64,000 nucleotides of DNA from an uncultured Bacteroidales bacterium (GCA_964477095.1 CAYZDA010000005.1:12703-76702); one strand, 5' to 3'. Numbered from the stretch's first letter, positions 29,035 to 39,130 are shown. The notes: a model not told the origin generated them from the letters alone. Made by a program: numbers and translations.

Positions 29035-31134
29035 ATGAAAGCCCGCAGGCGAAATACCTGGAACCAGTTTCCACTGTTCAGGCTGCTGCTACCTTTTATG
29101 GCCGGGATCATTGCCGGAATCCATGAACTACAGCGCTGGAATACCGCTTTTGGCCTTATCCTGATTGCCATGCTTCTCCTGGCCCTGGGCTTTAGTATGT
29201 TTGTGAAAACTTATAATTATCGCTGGGTTCATGGTGCTTTTGCTCTTATCCTTTCATTTTTCCTGGGCCTTACACTGGTTCAGGTGGAACTGGAAAACAT
29301 CAGGCAGTCAGATTTACACAAATTTAGACGCAAACAGAAATGGCTGGTGGAAACCCTCGAATCTCCAGTGGAGAAAGAGAATTCCTATAAGATACTGGTT
29401 AAAGTGCTGATGAGCGACAGCGCCATGATAAAGCCGGAGCGTGCTATTCTTTACCTGGAAAAAGACAGCACGCTGGCGGATAACATAACGTACGGCAACC
29501 GCCTGGTAGTGTGGGCAAAATGGCAGCGCCCGCCGAAACCCACAAACCCTGACCAATTCGATTACCGGAAGTTTCTTGAACGTAATGGAATATTGTATCA
29601 GGCTTATGTGCAAACGGATTTTGTACAACAACTTGAAGGATATCAGGTAAAAGACCTGCGTGGCCTTGTTTTTCGCCTGCGCAAAAAGCTGTTGAATAGC
29701 CTTGAGAGCCACGGGTTCGATGGAGCTGAATTCTCCATAGCAGCAGCCATACTGCTTGGGCAGGATAATACCATGGATCCGCGCCTGCGATCTGATTTTG
29801 CTGCCGTGGGTGCCATGCACATCCTCTGTGTATCCGGACTGCATGTGGGAGTAATCTTCCTGATACTGGAGCAATTGCTCAGATTTCTTAATCATCGCAA
29901 GAGAGGTCCGTATACCAGGGCAGTACTTATTATTGTTTTGATCTGGTTTTATGCAGCACTCACCGGACTGGAACCCTCTGTTTTGCGCGCTTCCGCTATG
30001 GTGTCGTTCGTAGTGATTGGCAAAACGATCCGCAGGCCCACGAGCGTATATAATTCACTGGCAGCATCTGCTTTTGTCCTGCTGATTATCGACCCGCTGA
30101 TCATTTCCCAAATAGGGTTTCAGCTTTCCTATCTTGCCGTGCTTTCCATAGTGGCCTTTCAGCCTGTATTCTACAGAATGTGGCTGCCACGCAATAAAAT
30201 CATTGACAGAATCTGGGCAATTACCACTGTTTCCATAGCTGCTCAACTGGGAACTTTTCCCCTGGCCATTCACTATTTTCACATATTCCCAGTCTATTTT
30301 CTTATCACAAACCTGATTGTGATCCCATTGTCGAGTTTTATTATCTATGCCGGAATTCTTTTTTTTATCAGCTCTTTTTTTCATCCGGCAGCCTGGTTGT
30401 TCTCCAAAGTACTTTGGGGTCTCATCTGGTTTTTGAATAATTCCGTACTGCTTATTGAAAGCCTGCCTTCTTCAGCTCTTGATTTTCTCAATCTCACCGC
30501 CTTACAAATACTACTGGTTTATCTGTCAGTAATCCTGATCTACCTTTGGCTGATCAACGCAAACCGCAACGCCCTGGTTATTTCATTTCTCAGCCTTTTT
30601 TTGCTCAGTCTCACCTTTCTTAATGCGACCAGCAGGAGGTCAGGGCAGGAAGAGTTTGTGATCTATGATGCCGGAAGAGGTATTGCTATGGAAATGATCC
30701 ACGGTTGGGATCATGTAGTGCTGTTGGATAGCGTTAGCAGAAGAAATGAAAAGTTTATAGAATACAATATGCTGGAAAACTGGATCAGCAAAGGACTTAA
30801 AATGCCTGCTCTTATTGAACTGGAGGATACGGTCAGGCAAAAGAATGATTATGTGGCCTATTATCAGAATTGTTTGATGTGGAACGGCCGCCTGTTTTAT
30901 ATACTGGATAATGCAAATACCACCCTGAAATATCCGCCTGATTACCTGCTGGTGAATCATTACCGTGCAGTTCCGGAGGTATGCCTCAGAGATAAATATC
31001 CGCATCACATTATCCTTACAGCCAGCGTTCCATCCTGGAACCTTAAAAAGTGGAAAGATTTTGCAGATACCAACGGGATAGACTTTCACCACCTTAGCGA
31101 AGGCTGCCTCGTACTGAAGGCTAAGCACGACTGA
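29035..31134 (+). CDS. ComEC/Rec2 family competence channel protein
   Basis: 699-aa ORF. It has N-terminal TM helices plus an OB-like region, and a multi-TM competence domain (GAMHILCVSGLHVG...). Confidence 0.8.
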   Translation: MKARRRNTWNQFPLFRLLLPFMAGIIAGIHELQRWNTAFGLILIAMLLLALGFSMFVKTYNYRWVHGAFALILSFFLGLTLVQVELENIRQSDLHKFRRKQKWLVETLESPVEKENSYKILVKVLMSDSAMIKPERAILYLEKDSTLADNITYGNRLVVWAKWQRPPKPTNPDQFDYRKFLERNGILYQAYVQTDFVQQLEGYQVKDLRGLVFRLRKKLLNSLESHGFDGAEFSIAAAILLGQDNTMDPRLRSDFAAVGAMHILCVSGLHVGVIFLILEQLLRFLNHRKRGPYTRAVLIIVLIWFYAALTGLEPSVLRASAMVSFVVIGKTIRRPTSVYNSLAASAFVLLIIDPLIISQIGFQLSYLAVLSIVAFQPVFYRMWLPRNKIIDRIWAITTVSIAAQLGTFPLAIHYFHIFPVYFLITNLIVIPLSSFIIYAGILFFISSFFHPAAWLFSKVLWGLIWFLNNSVLLIESLPSSALDFLNLTALQILLVYLSVILIYLWLINANRNALVISFLSLFLLSLTFLNATSRRSGQEEFVIYDAGRGIAMEMIHGWDHVVLLDSVSRRNEKFIEYNMLENWISKGLKMPALIELEDTVRQKNDYVAYYQNCLMWNGRLFYILDNANTTLKYPPDYLLVNHYRAVPEVCLRDKYPHHIILTASVPSWNLKKWKDFADTNGIDFHHLSEGCLVLKAKHD

Positions 31135-31458
31135 TGTTTGATAGCAGATTGATTTTGGTACCACTGGGCTTTTGTGTGTTCCTGCAGAAGTTTTGGCATT
31201 TTTTATCTTAGAGTTTGTGCCTGAACTCACTTCCTCTGTGATCTCTGTGTCTTGGTGGGAACCGCCAATTTCGCGGATTTATAACGCCAATCAACGCGAA
31301 TTAATTAGTGCAGTTCGTGGTGGAAAATGCTGCCGCCTTGTGCGGTATGGGAAAATCTTATGGTGTTACATTCTTATTTATAAAAAATATAAATTGCTTA
31401 TTTGTTTTAATATGAGGGAAACATTTTCTAATTTTCGGCTGTCAAAAACCCAAGCTAT

Positions 31459-31992
31459 ATGAGAGTTGAACGAATGCCTGTAAAAAACGAAGAAGTAAAG
31501 GTTGCTGAGCCGGAAATCGATTTATCCCTTCTGGATGATTTGATCAGTAAATACAAGAACCGGCGTGGTAATCTGATTCCTTTACTTCAGGGGACCCAGG
31601 AACTTTATGGCTTCCTTCCCCGGAATGCTTTTCTGAAAATATCCCGCGAAACCGGTCTGGAGCTAAATGAAATGTATGGAGTGGCAACCTTTTATGCCCA
31701 GTTTCGCCTGCAGCCCGTAGGCAGGCATATCATCAAAGTGTGCCATGGTACGGCCTGTCATGTACAGAATGCCGGCGGCATTACCGATGCATTGGCAGAA
31801 GCACTTGGTGTACCCGATGGGGGTACTACCGAAGACCGGCTGTTTACCCTGGAATCTGTAGCCTGTCTTGGCTGCTGCTCGCTGGCTCCTGTAATGATGA
31901 TAGGAGAAGAAACCTATGGTAAACTTGACGGCAATAAAGCTGTCAGGGTGATCAAAGACATCAGGCTTAAGGAGCAAAAAAACGGAGGGTAA
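31459..31992 (+). CDS. NuoE/HydC-like thioredoxin-fold [2Fe-2S] subunit
   Basis: 177-aa ORF with the Cys motifs KVCHGTACHV and ACLGCCSLAPVMMI. Confidence 0.85.
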   Translation: MRVERMPVKNEEVKVAEPEIDLSLLDDLISKYKNRRGNLIPLLQGTQELYGFLPRNAFLKISRETGLELNEMYGVATFYAQFRLQPVGRHIIKVCHGTACHVQNAGGITDALAEALGVPDGGTTEDRLFTLESVACLGCCSLAPVMMIGEETYGKLDGNKAVRVIKDIRLKEQKNGG

Positions 31993-32025
31993 ACCATTTC
32001 ATTTTGTCAATCAAAACTCCCGATT

Positions 32026-33801
32026 ATGAAAAAGAAAGTTACAGTAGGCCTTGGCAGTTGCGGAATCGCGGCTGGTGCTGACAAGGTATATAAAAAGATA
32101 CAGGCCCTGAAAGAGGCGGAAAACCTTGATATTGATCTTCGAAAAACCTCCTGCGTTGGCATGTGCTACAATGAGCCGCTGGTGGAAGTGGAAGATGAAA
32201 CAGGGTATTATATGTACGGTGGTGTAGATGAGAAAAAGGCTGTACAGATCATGGAAGAGCACATTGCCCAATCAAATCCGGTTAAGGATTATGTGGTGCT
32301 TTCCGATCTTTTCGAGACCAAAGACGCGCAATATATGGAGGGGCAGGTGAAAATTGCCCTGCGAAATTGCGGATATATGGACCCGGAATCACTGCAGGAA
32401 GCAGAAGAACGTGGAGCCTATAAAGCCGTTAAAAAACTGTTGGATAATGATACCACAGCCGAAAAAGTAGTGGAGGAAATAATTAATTCAGGTCTGAGAG
32501 GCCGCGGTGGCGGCGGTTTCCCTGCCGGGCTCAAATGGAGGTTTGCTCTTCAGAATGTCTCGGATGAGAAATTCGTGATCTGCAATGCCGATGAAGGCGA
32601 TCCCGGAGCTTTTATGGACCGTTCACTGCTGGAAGGTGATCCTCACGCTGTACTGGAAGGTATGATCATAGCCGGATATGCCATTAAAGCTTCTCAGGGC
32701 GTGATCTATTGCCGCGCTGAATATCCGCTTGCCATAAAACGGCTGAATATTGCTATTGACCAGGCACGCGAAAAAGGCTACCTGGGAGAAAATATCTTCG
32801 GAAAAGAAGGTTTTAATTTTGATATTTTTGTGAAAGAAGGCGCCGGTGCCTTTGTTTGTGGTGAAGAAACCGCCCTGATGGCCTCCATTGAAGGCAAGCG
32901 CGGTATGCCTCGAAAGCGTCCGCCTTTTCCCGCCGCTTCAGGATTGTGGAAAAAACCTTCCAATATCAACAATGTGGAAACCTTTGCCAATGTACCCTGG
33001 ATCATACTGAACGGCGCTGAAAAATTTGCTTCATACGGAACTGAAAAGAGCAAGGGAACAAAGGTTTTTGCACTCACCGGTAAGATCAATAACGGCGGCC
33101 TTGTGGAAGTGCCCATGGGCATTACAATTAAGGATATTATATTTAAACTTGGCGGTGGAATTCAGAAGAATAAGGAATTTAAAGCTGTCCAGCTCGGTGG
33201 CCCCTCCGGAGGCTGCATCCCTGCTTATCTGGCAGATACAAAAGTTGATTACGATTCTGTAAATGCCACGGGTGCCATAATGGGCTCTGGAGGTATGGTG
33301 GTAATGGATGAAACCACCTGTATGGTGGACATGGCCCGGTTCTTCCTGGATTTTACCCAGGTGGAATCCTGCGGAAAATGTACCTTCTGCCGTGTGGGTA
33401 CTAAACGAATGCTTGAAATCCTTACACGTATCACAGAAGGTGAAGGAGAGGAAGGTGACATTGAAAAGCTGGAAGAACTGGCATACCAGATTAAGGATAA
33501 TTCCCTGTGCGGACTGGGGCAAACGGCTCCCAATCCTGTACTCACAACCATAAAATATTTCCGTGACGAATACGAAGCTCACATCAATCAGAAAAAATGT
33601 CCTGCTCAAAGTTGTAAAAAGCTGCTTACCTATGAAATAGATCCGGACAATTGTACGGGTTGCAGGGTTTGCGCTATTAAATGTCCTGTGGATGCCATAA
33701 CAGGCGAGAAAAAACAGGTGCATGTCATTGATCAGGACATCTGTATCCGCTGTGGCGACTGCTACAACCGGTGCAAATTTGATGCTGTTGCAGTACATTA
33801 A
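32026..33801 (+). CDS. NuoF/HydB-like NAD(H)-binding FMN flavoprotein with extra Fe-S domains
   Basis: 591-aa ORF. It carries an N-terminal thioredoxin-like 2Fe-2S domain (GLGSCGIAAG...SCVGMCYNEP), the FMN/NADH block GLRGRGGGGFPAGLKWRF, cluster N3 (ESCGKCTFCRVG) and two C-terminal 4Fe-4S motifs (CTGCRVCAIKCP, CIRCGDCYNRC). Confidence 0.85.
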   Translation: MKKKVTVGLGSCGIAAGADKVYKKIQALKEAENLDIDLRKTSCVGMCYNEPLVEVEDETGYYMYGGVDEKKAVQIMEEHIAQSNPVKDYVVLSDLFETKDAQYMEGQVKIALRNCGYMDPESLQEAEERGAYKAVKKLLDNDTTAEKVVEEIINSGLRGRGGGGFPAGLKWRFALQNVSDEKFVICNADEGDPGAFMDRSLLEGDPHAVLEGMIIAGYAIKASQGVIYCRAEYPLAIKRLNIAIDQAREKGYLGENIFGKEGFNFDIFVKEGAGAFVCGEETALMASIEGKRGMPRKRPPFPAASGLWKKPSNINNVETFANVPWIILNGAEKFASYGTEKSKGTKVFALTGKINNGGLVEVPMGITIKDIIFKLGGGIQKNKEFKAVQLGGPSGGCIPAYLADTKVDYDSVNATGAIMGSGGMVVMDETTCMVDMARFFLDFTQVESCGKCTFCRVGTKRMLEILTRITEGEGEEGDIEKLEELAYQIKDNSLCGLGQTAPNPVLTTIKYFRDEYEAHINQKKCPAQSCKKLLTYEIDPDNCTGCRVCAIKCPVDAITGEKKQVHVIDQDICIRCGDCYNRCKFDAVAVH

Positions 33802-33831
33802 TTAAATTTATGAACTGAAAAATCAAGAACA

Positions 33832-36800
33832 ATGAGCGATACTTTGAACGTCATATTAAACGGAAAACGCGAAACGGGCTACCAGGGAGAAACCATACTG
33901 GAACTGGCCCGCCGCAAAGGAATAGAAATACCTACCTTGTGTTACGATCCGCGCCTGGAACCTTATTCCTCCTGCTATGTTTGCGTGGTGGAAGTGGAAG
34001 GCATGAAGGGCATGCAACCCAGTTGCTCCACCCGGATCAATGAAGGCATGAGGATCAATACAGATAATGAACAAGTGCATAGTGCACGAAAAGCAGCATT
34101 GGACTTGCTTGTTTCCAATCATTATGCTGATTGTATGGCACCTTGCACCCAGGAATGTCCTGCCGGAGTAGATGTGCAGGGCTATATTTCACTGGTGGAA
34201 AAAGGCCTTTATCATGATGCAGTGGCATTAATCAAGGAAACAAATCCGTTGCCTGCTGTTTGCGGACGCGTTTGTGTTCGCCCGTGTGAAGCGGTCTGCC
34301 GCCGGAATCTGCTCAATGAAGGAGCTCCCGTGGGCATAGATTATCTGAAAAGATATGCCGCTGATAAAGACCTGCTGGAATCCCACAACCACTACAAGCC
34401 CGTTAAGCAGCCATTTAATGGTAAGCGGGTGGCAATAATAGGAGCCGGACCTGGCGGGCTGTCAGCTGCCTATTTCCTGCAACCAAAAGGATACCAATGC
34501 GATATATACGAAGCCAATGACCATCCCGGCGGATGGCTGCGCTATGGAATACCCGAATACCGCCTGCCCAATGATGTGCTCGACAAGGAAGTCAGCACCA
34601 TCACCGAACTTGGTGCCAAAATTTTCTACAGAAAGAAACTGGGTGGTAACCTGAAGTATTCCGAACTGAAAGAAAATTATGATGCTCTGATCCTGACTAT
34701 TGGTTCGCAGCGCGGAACGCTGCTGGGCTGCGAAGGGGAAGATGCCGAAGGTGTTTATTCCGGTATCGATTTCCTGCGGAATATGGAGCAGACAGGCCAG
34801 AAGTATGATTTTAGTGGTAAGAAAGTAGCTGTTGTCGGTGGCGGGAATACTGCCATGGACTGTTGCCGTACGGCCAAACGCTGCAAGTCGGATGAGGTGT
34901 ATCTAATATATCGCCGTGCCGAAGAGCAGATGCCGGCTAACCCGATCGAAATCCATGAATCAAAACAGGAAGGCATCAGCTATATGCTGTTGACAAACCC
35001 GGTGAAGGTAAATAAGGATGAAAACGGAAAGGTAAAATCCATGACCCTTATCCGGATGGAACTGGGCGAACCGGATGCTTCAGGCCGCCGTCGGCCAATA
35101 CCTGTTGAAGGATCACAATTTGAACTGGAAGTGGACTACGTGCTGGCCGCAATCGGTCAGAAAACACAGGCCGATTTTATTGATGACATTAATGAGCATG
35201 CTGAAAAAGGCGAACTTAAACTAAACCGCTGGGGTGATTTAGATGCTGATCCGAAAACTCTGCAAACAGGCATACCTCATATTTTTGCAGCCGGTGACGG
35301 AGTTACTGGTCCGGCTACTGTGATTGAAGCGATTAACCAGGCCAAAATCGCCTCCCGAAGTGTGGAGCAATTCCTTAACGGAGAGGAGTTTTCTATGCCT
35401 GTGAAGGAATTTGTGAGCAGAAAAGATAATTTTAAGCCACAGGTGGCTGATGATTATGCCGGGAGATACCGGCAGCAGGTGCGTTATGAAATGCCTGTGC
35501 TGGATGCTGACAAGCGTGCTAATTTTGATGAAGTAGAACTGGGATACCAAAGTGTAGAAGAGGTAGAGCAGGAAACCTCACGCTGTCTGGAATGCGGATG
35601 TGTGGCCTTTTTTGATTGTGATCTGCAAAAATACAGTACAACATACCGGGCCGAGCAGGATAAATACAAAGGCGGGTTTAAAGAATATCAGGTGAAGTTT
35701 GATCATCCGTTTGTTGAGATTGATAATAACAAATGCGTGCTTTGCTCACGTTGCATCAGAATATGCAGCGAAGTTGTGGGTGCCAATGCACTGGGATTGA
35801 TAAACCGTGGTTTTGACACTTATGTGGCTCCGGCCATGGGCGACAGCCTCATCGATACCAATTGCGAAAGCTGCGGTATGTGTATATCTGCATGCCCTAC
35901 AGGAGCCATCACTGAGAATGTGCCTTTTAAACCCGGGCCCGTGAAAACCGAACCCATTGACCTTATTTGTAACTATTGCTCAGTGGGCTGTGAGATTACT
36001 CATCACCATAAATCGGGATTTGTAATGAAGACCACCGGCAAGGAGGAAGGACTGGTGAATAAGTATGGAAGCATCTGTCGCTTTCCCAAATTTGGCTATC
36101 ACTATCTGAATGACCGGTCAAGGATCACCAAACCTTTATTGAAAAAAGACGGTGAATTTGTGGAAATTTCTTTTGATGAAGCCTACAGCTTAATTACTGG
36201 AAAAATAAAAGATGCCGGTAGAAATGAGAATGCCTTCTTTGCCGGGGCAAGGCTGAGCAATGAAGAAATGTTTATGATCCAGAAGCTGGCACGTGCCGGT
36301 GTTAAAACCAACAATGTTGACAGTTTCCACTATCTGGGAAGGGGAAAAGGATACCACTTTGATACCTGGATGAATGTACCTTTCCAGGAGATCAGAGAAG
36401 CTGGTAAGATCTGGCTGCTGGGTGCCGAGCTTCACCATGATCATGCTGTTGCCGGCTTCATGGTCAATAAGGCCCGTAACGCCGGAACTCCTGTGAAGCT
36501 TATCACCAAACAGCAGAAAAGTGATATGGAACGCAAGGTGGATGAGCTACTGAAAGTGAAGTATTACTACCATTTTATCAGAGCCGCCAACTATTTCATA
36601 GTGGAAAATAACCTGGTGAATGAGATGTTTGTGAATGACCGCACCGTGGATTTCCACAAATACAAAGAGGAATTGATGAAGGAAGACTTTAATGAACTTC
36701 TGGAGAATTCCGGTGTAAGCCGTGAACAATTGCAGGCATTTGTTGCGGAATTCAATAAGGAACTTCAGGCTGTGATGATCACTGAAGAAAAGCACCTTCC

Positions 36801-37539
36801 GGCTAATGCCATGGCAGAGGTTCGCAACCTGATGCTGCTTACCGGCAAACTGGGCAAAACAGCCATGGGGCTGATCAGTCTGAGAGAGAAAAACAACAGC
36901 CAGGGATTACTTGATATGGGCATAGGGCAGGAGTTTGGTGTTGGCACATTGCCAGTGGGAGAGAATCAGGTGCTGAATGATAAAATGGCTTCGCTCTGGA
37001 AAGTGGATGACCTGCCGGGTGATATTGGTGAGCCGCTTGATAAACAACTGGAAGAGGGTAATATCAAAAACCTGTTTGTTTTTGGCGAAGACCCGCTGGG
37101 CTGTGCCATTGATAAAGATGAAGTGAAAGCCTGGCTGGATAATACCGGTTTCCTCATGGTTCAGGATTATTTCCTTACAGAAACTGCTGAAATGGCTGAC
37201 CTGGTCATGCCAGCGTCTCTGCCACACGAAACCGGTGGCAGCTTTACAAATGCCGGGAAAAAAATCCAGACATTTGAAAAATACGATCTTTTGACACCCG
37301 GAGTTGAACATGATAATATCAGGCAACTGGTTGAGCTTCATAAAGCCTTCGGATTAAACAGTATCGAAGAAGTACATGATGCTTTTATGGAAGCTGTCAG
37401 CCTGTTGCCAACATCAGAGGATGGCAGGAATATCCCCTTCCTGGTCAATGGGAAGGAGGATACTCTGAAAATGTTTAACTTCGGCTGTGACTACCTGATG
37501 AAGCGCTTTGAAGAAGAGTTTAACGAAAAGCTTAGTTAA
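33832..37539 (+). CDS. fusion protein: 2Fe-2S ferredoxin domain + GltD-like NAD(P)H/FAD module + NuoG-type 4Fe-4S clusters + degenerate molybdopterin-oxidoreductase domain
   Basis: 1235-aa ORF. Motifs in order: CYDPRLEPYSSCYVCVVEV...SCST; CGRVCVRPCEAVCRR; VAIIGAGPGGLSAAYF; VAVVGGGNTAMDCCRTA; CVLCSRCIRIC; CESCGMCISACPTGAI; ICNYCSVGCEI...GSICRF. A MopB-like region follows that reads TNNVDSFHYLGRG where formate dehydrogenases carry Cys/Sec-His. Confidence 0.75.
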   Translation: MSDTLNVILNGKRETGYQGETILELARRKGIEIPTLCYDPRLEPYSSCYVCVVEVEGMKGMQPSCSTRINEGMRINTDNEQVHSARKAALDLLVSNHYADCMAPCTQECPAGVDVQGYISLVEKGLYHDAVALIKETNPLPAVCGRVCVRPCEAVCRRNLLNEGAPVGIDYLKRYAADKDLLESHNHYKPVKQPFNGKRVAIIGAGPGGLSAAYFLQPKGYQCDIYEANDHPGGWLRYGIPEYRLPNDVLDKEVSTITELGAKIFYRKKLGGNLKYSELKENYDALILTIGSQRGTLLGCEGEDAEGVYSGIDFLRNMEQTGQKYDFSGKKVAVVGGGNTAMDCCRTAKRCKSDEVYLIYRRAEEQMPANPIEIHESKQEGISYMLLTNPVKVNKDENGKVKSMTLIRMELGEPDASGRRRPIPVEGSQFELEVDYVLAAIGQKTQADFIDDINEHAEKGELKLNRWGDLDADPKTLQTGIPHIFAAGDGVTGPATVIEAINQAKIASRSVEQFLNGEEFSMPVKEFVSRKDNFKPQVADDYAGRYRQQVRYEMPVLDADKRANFDEVELGYQSVEEVEQETSRCLECGCVAFFDCDLQKYSTTYRAEQDKYKGGFKEYQVKFDHPFVEIDNNKCVLCSRCIRICSEVVGANALGLINRGFDTYVAPAMGDSLIDTNCESCGMCISACPTGAITENVPFKPGPVKTEPIDLICNYCSVGCEITHHHKSGFVMKTTGKEEGLVNKYGSICRFPKFGYHYLNDRSRITKPLLKKDGEFVEISFDEAYSLITGKIKDAGRNENAFFAGARLSNEEMFMIQKLARAGVKTNNVDSFHYLGRGKGYHFDTWMNVPFQEIREAGKIWLLGAELHHDHAVAGFMVNKARNAGTPVKLITKQQKSDMERKVDELLKVKYYYHFIRAANYFIVENNLVNEMFVNDRTVDFHKYKEELMKEDFNELLENSGVSREQLQAFVAEFNKELQAVMITEEKHLPANAMAEVRNLMLLTGKLGKTAMGLISLREKNNSQGLLDMGIGQEFGVGTLPVGENQVLNDKMASLWKVDDLPGDIGEPLDKQLEEGNIKNLFVFGEDPLGCAIDKDEVKAWLDNTGFLMVQDYFLTETAEMADLVMPASLPHETGGSFTNAGKKIQTFEKYDLLTPGVEHDNIRQLVELHKAFGLNSIEEVHDAFMEAVSLLPTSEDGRNIPFLVNGKEDTLKMFNFGCDYLMKRFEEEFNEKLS

Positions 37540-37559
37540 TAATCTCAAACCATTATACT

Positions 37560-38015
37560 ATGAAAGAATTCAGAACTATAGACGACATTCTTCAGTTCGC
37601 GATGAATGAAGAACAAAAAGCGGTGGACTTTTACACCATCCTGGCAGAGAACTCTAAAAATGAAGACATGAAAAAGGTCTTTGAAAGCTTTGCACAGGAG
37701 GAGATAGGACATAAAGCCCGGCTTGCACGTATCCGCAAAGAAGGGTTATATGTGGTGGCGGAAAATAATATTACGGATCTGAAGATCGCCGATTACCAGA
37801 CGGATGTGGAGCCGCATGCTGATATGGATTATGAGCAGGCACTGATTGTAGCCATGAAGAAGGAGAAATCCGCCTTCCGCCTGTATTCCGATCTGGCTGA
37901 CAGGGCGCCCAACCAGGAGATGAAGGAGCTTTTCCAAAGCCTTGCCCTGGAGGAGTCTAAACATAAACTGCGCTTTGAACTGGAATATGATGAATATGTA
38001 TTGAGGGAAAATTAA
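37560..38015 (+). CDS. rubrerythrin/ferritin-like diiron protein (no rubredoxin domain)
   Basis: 151-aa ORF with two ExxH motifs (QEEIGHKARL, LEESKHKLRF), each preceded by a helix carrying a Glu. Confidence 0.65.
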   Translation: MKEFRTIDDILQFAMNEEQKAVDFYTILAENSKNEDMKKVFESFAQEEIGHKARLARIRKEGLYVVAENNITDLKIADYQTDVEPHADMDYEQALIVAMKKEKSAFRLYSDLADRAPNQEMKELFQSLALEESKHKLRFELEYDEYVLREN

Positions 38016-38038
38016 GCCCCCTTACTGACCCAAAAGCT

Positions 38039-38062
38039 AAAGGCCCGCGAGGGCCTTTTTTT
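38039..38062 (+). terminator. rho-independent terminator closing the 31459-38015 operon
   Basis: Hairpin AAAGGCCC-GCGA-GGGCCTTT runs into a T7 tract. Confidence 0.7.
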
Positions 38063-38284
38063 GTGAGGAAAGTCAAAAAGCCATAGTGAAATGATGGTTG
38101 GCTTCCTTTTTCTATCACCTTTAGTGATAAGTCCCTGCTATACACCATAATTTTGCTGATTTATTTTAATCATGTAGCCTGTGTTGCTGATGAAAGCAAT
38201 CCGCTTATCGGCAGTATTTATACTATGCTGTGTAAATAACTGTATTAAATCAAGAAAGAAATAGCAAAGTATGTAAAACAAACT

Positions 38285-38310
38285 TGTAAATTTGTAAAGT
38301 AAAATTTACA
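38285..38310. promoter_or_regulatory. 9-bp perfect inverted repeat (candidate XRE operator) overlapping a TAcaTTTG -7-like box
   Basis: TGTAAATTT (38285-38293), an 8-nt spacer, then AAATTTACA (38302-38310). TACATTTG lies at 38307-38314, about 20 nt upstream of the ATG at 38333. Confidence 0.4.
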
Positions 38311-38332
38311 TTTGTGACTTAAAATTATTTTT

Positions 38333-38863
38333 ATGAAAGTCCCTTTTGCCCCATTGATGTCATACAAGGTAAAACCATATGTAGTTGGATTGTCCCTGGT
38401 AAGTTTAATTTTTCTCATAACCCAACACTTTTTGAACTTTCCAAAGAATATTCTGAATTGGGGTATAGATTTGGAGTTGTTGTTGATGGTTTTTTTGCTA
38501 GTTGGCTTCACTGGGATATGGGGAAGTGAAGAAAAGATAGAAGATGAACGTGTAAAAGCCATAAGAGGACATTCCTTTTATATAGCGTTCAGCCTTTTAA
38601 GCGGCAGTATGCTGGCATTTGCATTTACAGGTATATTAAATCCTCATTCTAGCTTACTGCTGAAGCCTGTTGACATACTAATCTTTGTAACTATGGCAAA
38701 TATTATTTATCTGTTGGTATTTTACCTTAGGCTTTATTTATATCCAGGTTGGGTGGACGATAAGTCCAATTTTGGAGATTCTATCAGAAAAAATTCAGGA
38801 TTTTATATAATATACATTGCTGTTACATTCTTTATTCTTCTTTTTATTGTATTGTTATCGTGA
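38333..38863 (+). CDS. small multi-pass membrane protein, partner of the downstream XRE regulator
   Basis: 176-aa ORF with about five TM helices. Its stop overlaps the GTG start of the HTH gene (GTGA). Confidence 0.4.
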   Translation: MKVPFAPLMSYKVKPYVVGLSLVSLIFLITQHFLNFPKNILNWGIDLELLLMVFLLVGFTGIWGSEEKIEDERVKAIRGHSFYIAFSLLSGSMLAFAFTGILNPHSSLLLKPVDILIFVTMANIIYLLVFYLRLYLYPGWVDDKSNFGDSIRKNSGFYIIYIAVTFFILLFIVLLS

Positions 38864-39060
38864 AAAATAATGTGCGTGTACAAAGGGCAAGTATTGAGAT
38901 TTCTCAATCCGACCTTGCAAAAGCTGTTGGTGTTTCCCGGCAGACAATCCACAGCATAGAAAGGGGTAGGTACGTGCCATCTGCCGTGCTGGCCATGAAA
39001 ATTACACGCTATTTCAATTTATCTGTGGAAGACGTTTTTGAGCTGGAAGAGGGTGACTGA
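38860..39060 (+). CDS. XRE (Cro/CI) family helix-turn-helix regulator
   Basis: 66-aa ORF with the HTH LAKAVGVSRQTIHSIERGRYVPS. The start codon is GTG. Confidence 0.75.
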   Translation: MKNNVRVQRASIEISQSDLAKAVGVSRQTIHSIERGRYVPSAVLAMKITRYFNLSVEDVFELEEGD

Positions 39061-39130
39061 AGAACCGCCATGATCTAGCTTAAATCTATGGATATTAATT
39101 GCAGGTTAATTGGATTTTATGAAGTTTTTT

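Noticed and set aside
33031-33798. Long antisense ORFs inside confidently assigned genes (33031..33798, 9357..10037, 25249..25881, 29314..29895, 30640..31230, 47949..48458, 48262..48840, 36907..37341)
   Set aside because: Each lies entirely opposite a gene with clear family motifs and has odd composition with no recognisable motifs. These are shadow ORFs.
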